A stretch of 30,891 nucleotides of DNA, taken from the NCBI RefSeq assembly GCF_006345805.1, contig NW_021832199.1, positions 1-30,891 on the forward strand, given 5' to 3'. The notes below the pieces were generated by a model, which was given only the letters and a program-made list of their open reading frames with translations, was not told where the DNA came from and made no database searches. The position numbers were made by a program, and so were the translations under genes. The first letter of the stretch is position 1. Each line of letters starts with the position of its first letter. This document shows positions 11,990 to 23,666 of this stretch, one piece after another. Source of the stretch: Octopus sinensis (Eukaryota).

Positions 11990-12250
11990 TGTCTTCTAGG
12001 ATCTCGGGCATCCTCCATCCGATTGCGCTCAAATTTGATTTGTGGATACCGACAGTATCAGGGCATGTATAAGTCTTGAAAAAATTACATAAATCGATTC
12101 CAAGTGAGAATGCGATCGATAAAGCCGTGGGAACGTGCACGTTTCTTTCCTGCCAAGCTTGCAGTTTAAACCATGTTTGTGTTCTCCCAGTCAACAGCCT
12201 TATCATTACTGGTACTTTAAACCCTTCGGTTGCATATTTGTGTGAATAAA
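11990..12250. mobile_element. Probable Helitron/Helentron-derived non-autonomous fragment
   Basis: (TG)n followed by GATCTCGGGCATCCTCCATCCGATTGCGCTCAAATTTG, an organisation typical of DINE-1/HINE-like elements; termini not found. Confidence 0.35.
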
Positions 12251-12744
12251 ATCGTTTTTCTTTGGAATAGAAAAAAGTCTATCTTTATTTCTTCTGTTGC
12301 TGGTGTCTCAAATTTAGGTTAAAACAGTGTTTCTCAAAGGGGAGGCCTATGGTACGGTCGGACAAGCTGTTTTGAGAAAATTTGGTTTAAATGTTTGACA
12401 ACTCAGCACCGTCCATTGGACGTGGGGGGGGGGGGCGTTTTGCTCGTTTACTTATAAAACCAAGTGTTCCAGTTATTATTAGTATAAACAAAATTTGAAA
12501 TCCGGAATTAGAAGCCAGAGGTTTCGAAGCAGTTGTCCATAACTATCTTCTTTATCTTTGATTTTCAAAGAGATATTCACATCAGCAGGGCAGCTGACCT
12601 TTATTACGGTACACACTTTTTTCTTGTCTGTTCCAAACAACAATATCCAACCTGTTATGCTTATTTATACTTGACAGATGTTTTGATGGAGATGTTCTAC
12701 CAGTATTCTTTGATGCATTCCTATGTATGTATGTATGTATGTAT

Positions 12745-13037
12745 GCCATTGTTCAGTTTTATTTCAAGATTTCTTGCCAATAAAGAGCCGGTTTCTAACT
12801 TAGATCCAAGGCTCGTCCATTGAAGTTTCAGCATCAACAACAGGGTATTTTTGTAAGTATGTATGTATATATGTATGCATGCATGCATGTATGTGTATGT
12901 ACAGATTCCTATGTCTTGTTTTATGCAAGTATTCTCATGTATATGGTTACATATCTAGACAAGCACATATATATTTAAATAATAAACTTCTGGAAAGTTT
13001 TACAGATTTTTACAGTTCCAGTGATGGATTGGATCTG
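12745..13037 (+). repeat. Interspersed repeat family E (unclassified)
   Basis: Inverted homologue at 18342-18630 (AAAGAGCCGGTTTCTAAC(T/C)TAGAT...ACAGATTTTTACAGTTCCAGTGATG). Strand is arbitrary. Confidence 0.75.
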
Positions 13038-13163
13038 TAGTCTTTGAATTAGCATTCACCTTTCTGGTTTTGAGAAATCTAATTTGTATGTATGTATGTA
13101 TGTATGTATGTATGTATGTATGTATGTATGTATGTATGTATGCATGTATGTATGTATGTGAAT

Positions 13164-13534
13164 CTTCGTGGCACTCCGTCGGTTACGACTTCGGGGGTTC
13201 CAGTTGATCCAATCAACGGAATAGCCTGCTCGTGAAGTTAACTTGCAAGTGGCTGAGCACTCCACAGACATATGTACCCTTAACGTAGTTCTCGGGGAGA
13301 TTCAGTGTGACACAGATTGTGACAAGGCTGGCCCCTTTGAAATACAGGTACGACAGAAACAGGAAGAAAGAGTGAGAGAAAGTTGTGGTGAAAGAGTACA
13401 GCAGGTTTGCCATCCCCTCCCTGCCGGATCCTCGTGAAGCTTCAATAAACTCTCACAACGCCCGGTCTGGGAATCGAAATTGCGATCCTACGACCGCCAG
13501 CCCGCTGCCCTAACCACTGGGCCATTGCACCTCT
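13164..13534 (-). mobile_element. tRNA-derived SINE family C (OR1-like)
   Basis: Minus-strand head AGGTGCAATGGCCCAGTGGTTAGGGCAGCGGG...ATTTCGATTCCC; body shared with 27031-27328. Confidence 0.8.
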
Positions 13535-13540
13535 ACGATT

Positions 13541-13574
<34 letters not shown>

Positions 13575-13724
13575 TGTATGCATGTATGAATGCATGTATG
13601 TATGTATGTATGTATGCATGTATGTATGTATGAATGCATGTATGCATGTATGTATGTATGCATGTATGTATGTATACACATGTATAACACTCTTAATGCT
13701 ACTGGTAACATTTACTCAGGACAA

Positions 13725-13935
13725 CTTGTCGCATGTTCGGTCCGTCGGTGACTAAACCGGCATCCCTTCCAAGCCTCCTGCTTGATACGGAGGGTGGTTT
13801 TCGTTAAGCACCCTACAGAACGAAAACCAAAACCTGTCAAAGGATAGACAAACTCAGTCGAATCAACGACCATCCAACAGCTGGCAGTAAGAGACCCCCT
13901 AGTCTTTCTTTAGACATCATTCTAGAATAAGGAAA
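13725..13935. mobile_element. Possible decayed LINE (RTE-like) fragment
   Basis: Non-simple segment (AAACCTGTCAAAGGA...TCAACGACCATCCAACAGC) recalled as RTE-like 5' sequence; not verified. Confidence 0.25.
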
Positions 13936-14073
13936 TTCCAAAATAACCCCCGCCTCTTACTCTTGTTTGTTTCTGGACTATTTGGTTCCGTTGGTGGTGA
14001 TGGTGATTTTAAATTTCAGTATGGGCAATGCTGGCAGCCATTGTCTTTAATATTTGTTGTTGTTGTTTGTTCC

Positions 14074-14350
14074 TTCTCAAGCCATGCTTGGCTCATTAGG
14101 GCCGGTTTCCCGGTTTCCTTGGCGTATAGGTTCCCCACCGGACGGGACGCCGGTCCGTCGCAGGTGAGCTACAAGATGCAGGAGGAAAGATTGAAAGTTG
14201 TGGTGAAAGAGTCAGCAAAAGTTCTCCGGAGCCGTGTGGAGCTTAGGTGTTTCACTCATAAACACACACATCGCCCGGTCTGAGATTCGAGCCCGCGATC
14301 CCTCGACCGCGAGTCCGCTGCTCTAACCACTAGGCCACGTGCTTCCACAC
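14074..14350 (-). mobile_element. SINE with family C-type head and a different tail
   Basis: tRNA-like head on the minus strand (GTGGCCTAGTGGTTAGAGCAGCGG...GGCTCGAATCTC); shares GAAAGTTGTGGTGAAAGAGT with the 13164 copy. Confidence 0.75.
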
Positions 14351-14632
14351 CACGTGCCTCCACGCCATGTACACTATACGCATGCATAAAATTCAGTATA
14401 CGGATTTATATCTACATCTGTGGAATGATGCCCACGAGGGACTTTTCACCAGCATAAGACGATAATCGAACCAGCCACACTAGATGCATTTTCTATTAAA
14501 CAGTTCCTTTGGATTAATTCATCCAGCCTTACTACATCCTCATACTACTATCAACACCACCACCACCACCACTACTACTACAACTACTACTACTACTACT
14601 ACTACTATAATAATAATAATAATAATAATAAT

Positions 14633-14814
14633 ATCCTTTCTACTGAATGCACAGAGCCTGAAATTATGGGGGAGGGGACGAGTCGATTACATCAACCGAT
14701 AAAATGAAAGGCAAAGTCGACCTCGGCGGAATTTGAACTCAGAACACGCAAAGAAGGAAGAAATGCCGCTAATCGTTTTGCCCGGAGTGCTAACGTTTCT
14801 GCCAGCTCGCTGCC

Positions 14815-14881
<67 letters not shown>

Positions 14882-15117
14882 CAATAATAATGATGATGAT
14901 GATGATGATTTCAAATTTTGGCACAGGGCCATGCAATTTCGGGGGAGGGGGTAAGTCGATTAGACCCTAGTACTCAGCTGGTACTTATTTCATTAACGCC
15001 GAAAGGATGAAAGGCAAAGTCTATCTTGGCTGAAGTTGAACTCAGAACACGTAAAGACGGACGAAATACCGCCAATCATTCTTTCTGACGCAGTAACGAT
15101 TTTGCCGTCTCATCGCT
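14633..15117 (-). mobile_element. Two tandem SINE family B copies (14633-14817, 14908-15117) separated by (AAT)n/(GAT)n
   Basis: GAAAGGCAAAGTC...GAACTCAGAAC core twice. Confidence 0.85.
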
Positions 15118-15959
15118 TCTCTTGATAACAATAACGGAATATTCGTCTTTAGAAAAAAATGTAAAGAAAACTGTGTGAGTGACACAACACATTTACATAA
15201 TGCTACAAGGTCGACTGGCAGACAATAATCAGTAGAGTCTCAATAGAGACTGGATTATGAATAAATAAATATCCATATCTGTTGAGCATAGGATGTGAAA
15301 TTGGGTCAGCAAAGAGAGACATAGTCGATTGTGTGTGTGTTTATTTATTCATAAATCCACGCTGTTATTAGCACTTAAGTCATTATATATACATGTGTAC
15401 ATACAATCCTCCACTCCGTGCACGAACACACGCACACACATACATGCAAGCGCACATACACCACATACACGCGTGCGCGCGCGCACACACGAATCAATTA
15501 TAGATCCATTTCAGACGATCTTATCATCGGTTTCGCACTGAGTGTCAAGTAACCGTGTGTTAGATAACAGTGCGGTTAACAAACACCACGCACTCTCCAG
15601 AGATAGCATATGTACGTACGTACGTATGTATGTATGTATGTATGTATGTATGTATGTATGTATGTATGTATGTGTGCATGCATGCATGTATGTATGTATG
15701 TATGTATGTACGTACGTACGTATATATATATATATATATATATATTTGTATATACATTTACACGCACAATCAGTGAGGTCTCTAATCTGTCCCGGACATC
15801 TATTCGTTAACCAACTTTTGTTTACTTGAAATACATACAAACAGTGGTATTCCGTTGCAAGCTACACCGAAACTCCACATAACAGATATGAAGTACTGTT
15901 GTATTTGTCACTCCATCAAAAATTGCCGAAGAATTTACATCAGCCGAGCTATTAACCCC

Positions 15960-16028
<69 letters not shown>

Positions 16029-16041
16029 CATCTCTCTCTCT

Positions 16042-16085
<44 letters not shown>
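15960..16085. repeat. (CT)n microsatellite
   Basis: Direct reading. Confidence 0.95.
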
Positions 16086-17149
16086 GTTATTTTCTCTTTT
16101 AGTTTGATAACAAAAATCCTAATTATATCTTCTAGATATTAATATTAAAGTAGTTACTCGCATGTAAGGTTACGTAATTTTAGCCACTCGAAAACCCCCA
16201 TTGCCGACATATCGGAAGTCGCAACTGTTTGCTGTCATGGAAATCAGCATACATAACGAAGATGGTACCTTTAAGTGACCTCTCGACCTGCAATAGATAC
16301 TAGCCAAATCTTTAAACTACACCAAAATGCAGTGGTTCCTAACCTTTTTTAATATTGTACTAAATCCAAAACCTGGATATTTTTAGGGGGCCGTACCCAA
16401 AAATCTAAAGTCCCAAAAAGAACGATACATCACTATGTAAGATCCGATCTGCGGCCCGCCAGAGTTAACTCCAACCGATCTACTACCCCAATCCCTACCC
16501 TCTTTAAATTGTTTATACTCCGCACCTTTGTATATTTGGCTATATTCCTGCACCCTTATAAACAACCAACTTACTTATTCACTCACCCTACTTATTATAA
16601 TATAAAATTCACTAAGCCCACCTCTATAAAATCTTGTGGCCCAGCGCCAATTGCTTCAGGAATGATTAATTAAGAAAAGAGCTCGCAGAAACAGCGCGCG
16701 CACGCGCACACACACATACACTCACACACGCACGCACACACACACACACTCTCTCTCTCTCCTTTCTTCCTTCCTTTCTTCCTTTCTTTCTTTCTCTTTC
16801 TTCCTTCCTTTCTCTGTCTCCCTCTCTCGTACACGCGCGCGCGTGTTCTAAGGCAAGCATTTATATAAACATTCACAGAGTGTTTAAGCGAGTGATTCAA
16901 CATTTACAGTCATAAGCTTGCCCTGTACCCCGAGACAGACAAGCCACGCACTCATCCATTAACCTAACCTAGTCATTCTGACAAATCGACCTACACTCAT
17001 TGGCTTCTCTCTCCCTCCCTTGGCCTCCCCTCCTTCGCTCTCCCTCTCTCTAATCGACACCTCCACGCCACCACAAAGCACCTGACATCATCCAGTTTAC
17101 TTACTCGTTCATCCGCTTCAGTTTATTTAGACAAGACCTACAAATATAA

Positions 17150-17167
17150 TACACACACCACACACAC

Positions 17168-17227
<60 letters not shown>

Positions 17228-17247
17228 CTATATATATATATATATGC

Positions 17248-17281
<34 letters not shown>

Positions 17282-17551
17282 ATATATATATATGTATATA
17301 TAATATATAAATAAATACATACATATATATATATATGTATGTATGTATTTATGTATGTATATATATATGTATGTATTTATGTATGTATATATATATATGT
17401 ATGTATTTATGTATGTATATATATATGTATGTATATATATAATGTATGTATTTATTATGTATATATATATGTATATATATATATATAATTGTATTTATGT
17501 ATGTATATATATATATATGTATGTATATATATATGTATGTATAGATATATG

Positions 17552-17600
<49 letters not shown>

Positions 17601-17640
17601 GTATATAGGTATGTATGTATGTATATATATGTATGTATAA
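17150..17640. repeat. (CA)/(TA)/(TATG) microsatellite field
   Basis: Direct reading. Confidence 0.95.
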
Positions 17641-18341
17641 CTTAACTTAGAATAACTTAGAAAGGTTTTGGCCAGTATTGGCCTAGGCCTTGTCTAACTT
17701 AATAGCACCACCTGGCTAATAGCACCACCTGTATGTATGTATATGTATGTATATATATATATGTATGTATGTATGTATATGTATGTATATGTATGTATGT
17801 ATGTATGTAGTATGTATGTATGTATGTATATTTGTAAGCATGTATGTGTGTCTAAATGCATATGTGTGTGTGTGTGTGTGTGTAGTATGTAGATAAAGAG
17901 AAAAACATACAACGTGTGTGTGTATATAACTATGCATATTACATGTGAATGTGTGGGAGCGGGCGTGCATGTATGTATTTATACTAACGTGTGTATTTAT
18001 GTACATGTGTACATAAATATGCTTTTATGTAAAAGCCGACACCCAGACTAAACACTCAAACTTTGAAGCAGTTTGACTAGTGCCATACACGAAACTGTCG
18101 AGTCCCGAGTCACTTTGTGACTTCTGTTAAAAAAAATATATATATATATATAATATATACTCAGTTTTATTTATTTTATTTGTACAGAAATACGTAGATG
18201 CAGTATATTTGTAAGCATGTATGTGTGTGTAAATTGCTATATGTATATATGAGTATGTGTGTGCGTGTGTGTGTGTGTAGTATGTAGATAAAGATAGAAA
18301 AACATATAATGTATATGTGTGTATGTGTATGTGTGTCTGTG

Positions 18342-18630
18342 ACAGATCCAATTCATCACTGGAACTGTAAAAATCTGTAAAACTTTCCAAAAGTTTATCA
18401 TTTAGATATATATGAGCATGTCTAGATATGCAACTATATGCATGAGAAGACATACATAAAACATACAAATCTTCATATTTGCATACATACATACATACAT
18501 ACATACATACAAACAAAAATTCCCTGTTGTTGATGTTGGAATTCCAATGAAAGAAACTTGAATCTAGGTTAGAAACCGGCTCTTTCTCTGTTGGTAAGAA
18601 ATCTCAAAATAAAACTAAACAATGACATAC
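18342..18630 (-). repeat. Interspersed repeat family E, inverted relative to 12745-13037
   Basis: Reverse-complement similarity over about 290 bp. Confidence 0.75.
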
Positions 18631-18666
18631 ACACGGACACACACACACACATATTCAGTGTATATG

Positions 18667-18826
18667 TACGAGAGGGTAGCGAAAAGTTCTTGGTTTTAGG
18701 TTAGAGAAAATACAGGAGGATCAGTTAATTATGATTTTATTCAACAAATTCCCTTCTCAGATTCACACAGTGCTTCTTCACAGCCCTCGCGACCCCCTTT
18801 AAAGCCAGGAACTTTTCAGTACCCTA
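18667..18826. mobile_element. mariner-type MITE (internally deleted)
   Basis: TA-CGAGAGGGTAGCGAAAAGTTCTTGGTTTTA vs right end TAAAGCCAGGAACTTTTCAGTACCC; imperfect mariner-like TIRs. Confidence 0.7.
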
Positions 18827-18921
18827 CTTTTTTCCGTGGAGTTTATATGTCCCACTATTAGATTAATTGCCATAGTCAATGCGCGGTGATCGCTTATAAG
18901 CTTTAATCTTATAAAATATTT

Positions 18922-19115
18922 ATTTCTTTATTGCCCACAGGGGACTAAACATAGAGGGCAGAAACAAAGGGATTAAGTCGATTACATCGACTCAGTGCAT
19001 AACTGGTACTTATTTAATCGAACCCGAAAGGATGAATGGCAAAGTCGACCTCTGCGGAATTTGAACTCAGAATGTAGCGGCAGACGAAATACGGCACGCA
19101 TTTCGCCCGGCGTGC
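18922..19115 (-). mobile_element. SINE family B
   Basis: Near-identical to 28891-29109. Confidence 0.85.
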
Positions 19116-19124
19116 AGTCGTATT

Positions 19125-19442
19125 TGTTTATTCGTGGACAAGATATCTCAAGAACCACATAATGGATTCAGATGAAACATTCAGGGATGTTTGGCCTCGT
19201 GACTGGCACGAACTGATTAAAGTTTGGGATAGATCCAGTACCTGACAAGGATTCTGGGTTATTTTTCCTGTTGTTTCACTTGATTTTTGAGACCAGTCGG
19301 GTTCATTTTTATTATTCTTGTTTGTGAGAGCAGTTGAGTTTATTTCAGATATTCTCATTTTAAAAATCATCTCCGGCTAATCGTTGAGAGGACGTTGGTG
19401 TTGCGTTGGCGGAGATTTGCTCTCTTTGAGTGCTCTTGTTAT
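19125..19442. mobile_element. Probable Helentron-associated (HINE/DINE-like) non-autonomous element
   Basis: GATATCTCAAGAACC...GGATTCAGATGAAACATTCAG interior and a GGCGGAGATTTGCTCTCTTTGAGTGCTCTTGTT end, typical of this class; 5' end missing. Confidence 0.45.
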
Positions 19443-19825
19443 TATTATATTATTTACAGAAGTGGAAAATCGGTACTGCTTACCAAATAATGGCAGAAAA
19501 CACACACACACCACACACACACACACACACACATACAAATACATATGCAGTAAATATGTAAATAATGTACTGACGGCACCCACACGTATCTATATAGTAA
19601 TGCCCTTAATATATATATATATATATTATATATATATATATGAAGTGGTGTGGGGGGGCGGCACCGACCGTTGAGCGGCGATTGGTTTATATTAGTTCCG
19701 TTAACTTCTTCCTCGAAACCTATCCTCCGCTTTATCTTTACCCTTCCGTCATATTCACATACCTACATGCAGACACGTGAGCATACATACATACATACGT
19801 GTGTATATGTGTGTATACATATACT

Positions 19826-19857
<32 letters not shown>

Positions 19858-19907
19858 TATATATGCTTATATATACATATATATATATGAATATATATAT
19901 GTATATA

Positions 19908-20163
19908 TTCTTTTATTCTTTTGTTTGTTTCAGTCATTTGACTGTGGCCATGCTGGAGCACCGCCTTTAGTCGAGCAAATCGACCCCAGGACTTATTCTT
20001 TGTAAGCCTAGTACTTATTCTATCGGTCTCTCTTGCCGAACCGCTAGGTTACGGAGACCTAAACACACCAGCATCGGTTGTCAAGCGATATTGGGGAGAC
20101 AAACACAGATACACAAACACACACGCACACACACACACACACACCACACATATATATATATAT

Positions 20164-20198
<35 letters not shown>

Positions 20199-20320
20199 CA
20201 TATGACGGGCTTCTTTCAGTTTCCGTCTACCAAATCCACTCACAAGGCTTTGCTCGGCCCGAGGCTATAGTAGAAGACACTTGCCCAAGGTGCCACGCGG
20301 TGGGACTGAACCCGAAACCA
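19908..20320 (-). mobile_element. SINE family A, head truncated
   Basis: Reverse complement of the family A consensus, up to the B box. Confidence 0.9.
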
Positions 20321-20339
20321 TAGCAGCAAAAATATCACA

Positions 20340-20440
20340 AAAACTGTTACTTAGAGTTTCACGTTCCCGTTCGTTGGACAGTTCTGTTTAGATTCTAAAC
20401 AAAACTGTCCGATGATCGTGAAACTCTAAGTAACAGTTTT
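20340..20440. repeat. 101-bp fold-back palindrome (probable miniature element)
   Basis: Perfect 24-bp outer arms (20340-20363/20417-20440) plus 17-bp inner arms (15/17) with a GATTC loop. Confidence 0.9.
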
Positions 20441-20450
20441 ACTGATCGTT

Positions 20451-20765
20451 ATTTACATTATTTACGTTTGACGGATGTTCGTCCTCATCTTGTTTTCTGT
20501 TAAAACAACGTTTCGGCTGATGTACCCTCCAGCCTTCATCAGGTGTCTTGAGGAAATTTCGAACCTAAGGTATTTTTCGATGTTATTATTATACCTTAGG
20601 AATTTCATTCCTAAGGTATTTTTCGATGTTGTTATTATTATCATTATTATCATTATTATCATTATTATTATTATTATTATTATTATCATTCAAGTCACTG
20701 CCTGGAATCGAACTCGGAATCTTGGGGTTAGTAGCCCGCGCTCTTAACCACTACGCCATATGCCC
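20451..20765 (-). mobile_element. tRNA-headed SINE-like element carrying a hammerhead motif (family HHR-B)
   Basis: Minus strand: GGGCATATGGCGTAGTGGTTAAGAGCGCGGGCTACTAACCCCAAGATTCCGAGTTCGATTCCAGG (A and B boxes), then (AAT)n, the hammerhead and a (GTAAATAAT)-type tail. Confidence 0.7.
20502..20547 (-). ncRNA. Hammerhead motif HHR-B copy 1 (canonical core)
   Basis: GACAC-CTGATGA-A-GGCTG(GAGGGTACAT)CAGCC-GAAAC-GTT-GTTTT. Confidence 0.7.
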
Positions 20766-20785
20766 ACGGGTGTGGATAGGTACAG

Positions 20786-20890
20786 ACATGGCTGTGTAGC
20801 TCCACAACCGCATGGTCTTGAGTTCAGTCCCAAAGTGGGCAAGTGCCTTGTGGGTTGATTTGGATTGAGAGGAACCGAAAGCAACCTCTG
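20786..20890 (+). mobile_element. Highly degenerate SINE A-like fragment
   Basis: ATGGCTGTGTAG...GAGTTCAGTCCC...GGGCAAGTG remnants. Confidence 0.55.
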
Positions 20891-21029
20891 TGTGTATGCG
20901 TGTGTGTGTAAATGTGTGCATACATTATCACATGTTCGTGGTGTCCACTGAAAATATCATTATTACGCGTTTACCGTTATTCATTGCTGTTATCACGTTT
21001 CCGATATTGTTTCTTTCAATACAGTCTAC

Positions 21030-21360
21030 TTGCCTTTCTTATCATCTTACGGGTTTTGTGTTTACATGTCAGACTTGTTCGCCAAAATCTCAACAAACGT
21101 CAACTGCATTTGCTAGCAGAACAAGAGAATTCCCTGTTCTGTGGGCCGAGACGCGGGTAGCGCTAGCGAGGAAGAACTCAAATATCGGTAATTTCACACT
21201 CATAACTGTGCAAAACACACAGTTTAAGATTTTGACTAAAGTGCTCACGAAGTGTTTCGCATTTGCCAACTGTAGTTTCATCGAGGACGTACAGAACCTG
21301 CGCTATTCGTGACAGATCTATTGACGACAATCTCCACCTCATGATAAATACATCGTAAAA
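21030..21360 (+). pseudogene. Decayed L1/Tx1-clade reverse transcriptase fragment
   Basis: Frame-shifted translations MSDLFAKIS...QNKRIP, RVALARKNSNIGNFTLITVQNTQFKILTKVLTK and RDRSIDDNLHLM match the L1/Tx1 RT pattern (NFRPITLLNxDxKILAKVL...PGRxIxDNLHL); stops and frameshifts present. Confidence 0.7.
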
Positions 21361-22299
21361 AGAATGGTCGACAAACTTGGTTTCTTGAGACCAAAGAAAT
21401 AATTTAATGTAAGCTGCTCGTTTCCGTATTTGTAAAATTATTGGATAATTATTTTTCTCAGCACATAAGTGGCCTCCACAGGCTCTGATGAACTGACAGT
21501 TCTTCCTTGCTACGGAAAAGGTTCCCCACATCTTGACTAAACTAACCATACTTTCAATAATAAACAAATTTTTATTCCATCTCATTTCGTTTTATTTTAT
21601 TTTGGAGTATTTTGAAAACTTTCTTGGGTTATTTGGAAGAACGGCGGATTACTAAAATAGGTAAATCATCGGAGAAATTATTCTTATGCTGTATTCAGTT
21701 ACTTCCCTTTACGTTTGATATTAAGAACCATTAAGTGCGACTTCGTCTTTTATCCTTCCGGTCTCGATATAGTAAAGAGCCAGTTGGTGGCATCGACTGT
21801 ATCATTACTATAAATTTCAACTGATGGGGTTGTGCATATTCTAGAAATGAATATTTGGATGTTATCCAGATATTAATGAAATGATATCATTATGTCTGAG
21901 GATGCCGGGTCCTAACCGAGTTTTGTATATGAAACATGAATTCCTCAGATATTTGCCGAGTGATAGCCACATTTCTCATTCTGAAGGAGTGGAAGGCTCA
22001 GCGGAAATCTGAACTAAGACCTCAAATATTTTGCACTGTTTAGTTTCGCTGATTGTATGGGGTACTCTTTGGCCCATTACTTGATCTAACACAGCAGCTG
22101 GCCCTTAGGCGTTCTTATTTAAAATGTTTTGGCAGAGTCCACTCTGTTTCGTTGCTTACGTGGAGTAGACTTCAACTCATCGCTTAATCTAACACCATGG
22201 ACGTATCGAGCTGCCAAGTCCTAGAATCGATCCCACGATCTTATGACCGTGAGCCGGCCGCACTAACCAGGCACCTTCGCACTAAAGATTCTTTTACAT

Positions 22300-22660
22300 C
22301 TATAACCACAATCACGGAAACCACCAATATCACCACCATCACCAGCAGCAGCACAACCACCACCACAATGGCTGTCAGTACAGACTCCCACTACCACCAT
22401 TCCCATCATTACCATGTCCATCACATTACTACTACCAGCGCCACCACCATCAACAGTACAACTACCAGTACCATGACTCCCACCACCATCACTCCCATCA
22501 CCATCATGTCCATCACTACTACTACCAGCGCCACCACCATCACTCCCATCACATCATGTCCATCACTACTACTACCATCACCACCACAACCATTACTACA
22601 AGTACCACCACCACTACCACCGATACCATCGCCATCACTGCCACTACCACCGACACTGCA
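22300..22660. repeat. ACC/ATC-rich low-complexity tract with an approximately 50-bp minisatellite (about 3 copies)
   Basis: CCACCACCATCACTCCCATCAC(C)ATCATGTCCATCACTACTACTACCA repeated. Confidence 0.8.
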
Positions 22661-22984
22661 GTGAGCGCTGTATTACAACGATGACCCTTTGATGAGGAAT
22701 CCATCCTTTGTAAACTGACGGAAATGGTTGATTTCTTTTGTAATCAAAACCAGAATCTGACAAATCCTGTTTATGTGTTTTATCATTTCTGCTTTGTGAA
22801 GCAAAAAAAAAAAAGTCATCACCCCCCTCCCCCGGCCACCCACCAATCTTTTGATTTTTGAGACCAACGATTTCTTAATGCAAAGTTAAACATCATTAAA
22901 GAATTACTGCAAAAGTGCTTTATGGAAATGGTAATACCTCGAAGCAATTATTTTCAATCGTTTATTTTCTATTATTATTAAGAC

Positions 22985-23004
22985 TATCATCATCGTCGTC
23001 GTCG

Positions 23005-23062
<58 letters not shown>

Positions 23063-23222
23063 TATCATTATTATTATAATTATTATTATTATTATTAATT
23101 ATATTATTATTATTATCATTATCATCATTATTATTATTATTATTATTATTGTTGTTGTTGTTGTTGTTGTTTTGTTGCTGTTGTTGTTGTTGTTGCTGTT
23201 GTTGTTGTTGTTGTTGTTGTTG
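22985..23222. repeat. Compound trinucleotide array (CAT)/(TAT)/(TGT)
   Basis: Direct reading. Confidence 0.95.
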
Positions 23223-23491
23223 GTTTCGAAGACAAAATGAATTTTCAACTGATTACCTTTGTTACAAACTCAAATTTTCATTAAATTCGATTTGTTTCTT
23301 ATTTAATTGTATTTTATTTTATCTTGTTTTTGTTATTAACCAAGATTTAGCATTTTTCATTTATTTGTTTATATATGTGTGGGTGGGTGTGTGAGTGGGT
23401 GTGTATGTGAGTGTGTGTGTGTGCGTGTGTGTGTGTGCATGTGTGTATGTAAATGTATATATATGTGTATGTAAATGTATATATATGTGTG

Positions 23492-23524
<33 letters not shown>

Positions 23525-23666
23525 GCATATATATATATATGCATATATATATATATATATATGCATATATATATGCATATATATATAATATATAATATAT
23601 TATATATTATATATATATATATTATATATATTATATATATATATATATATCCATATATTATATATA

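Noticed and set aside
12325-12339. hAT-like TIR CAGTGTTTCTCAAAG
   Set aside because: Unpaired; element boundaries not definable.
14400-14530. Unique island checked as an exon
   Set aside because: Short open frames only; no donor/acceptor pair.
16330-16344. hAT-like TIR CAGTGGTTCCTAACC
   Set aside because: No partner TIR or TSD found; at most a fragment.
20692-20765. Possible tRNA gene
   Set aside because: A and B boxes present but no proper acceptor stem; treated as a SINE head.
21895-21950. CTGAGGA...GAAAC spacing resembling a hammerhead
   Set aside because: No helix II or I pairing; only a TCTGAGGA/TCCTCAGA inverted repeat.
22197-22664. 155-aa Thr/His-rich mucin-like ORF
   Set aside because: Starts in a SINE head fragment and is built from ACC/ATC repeats; no splice or homology support.
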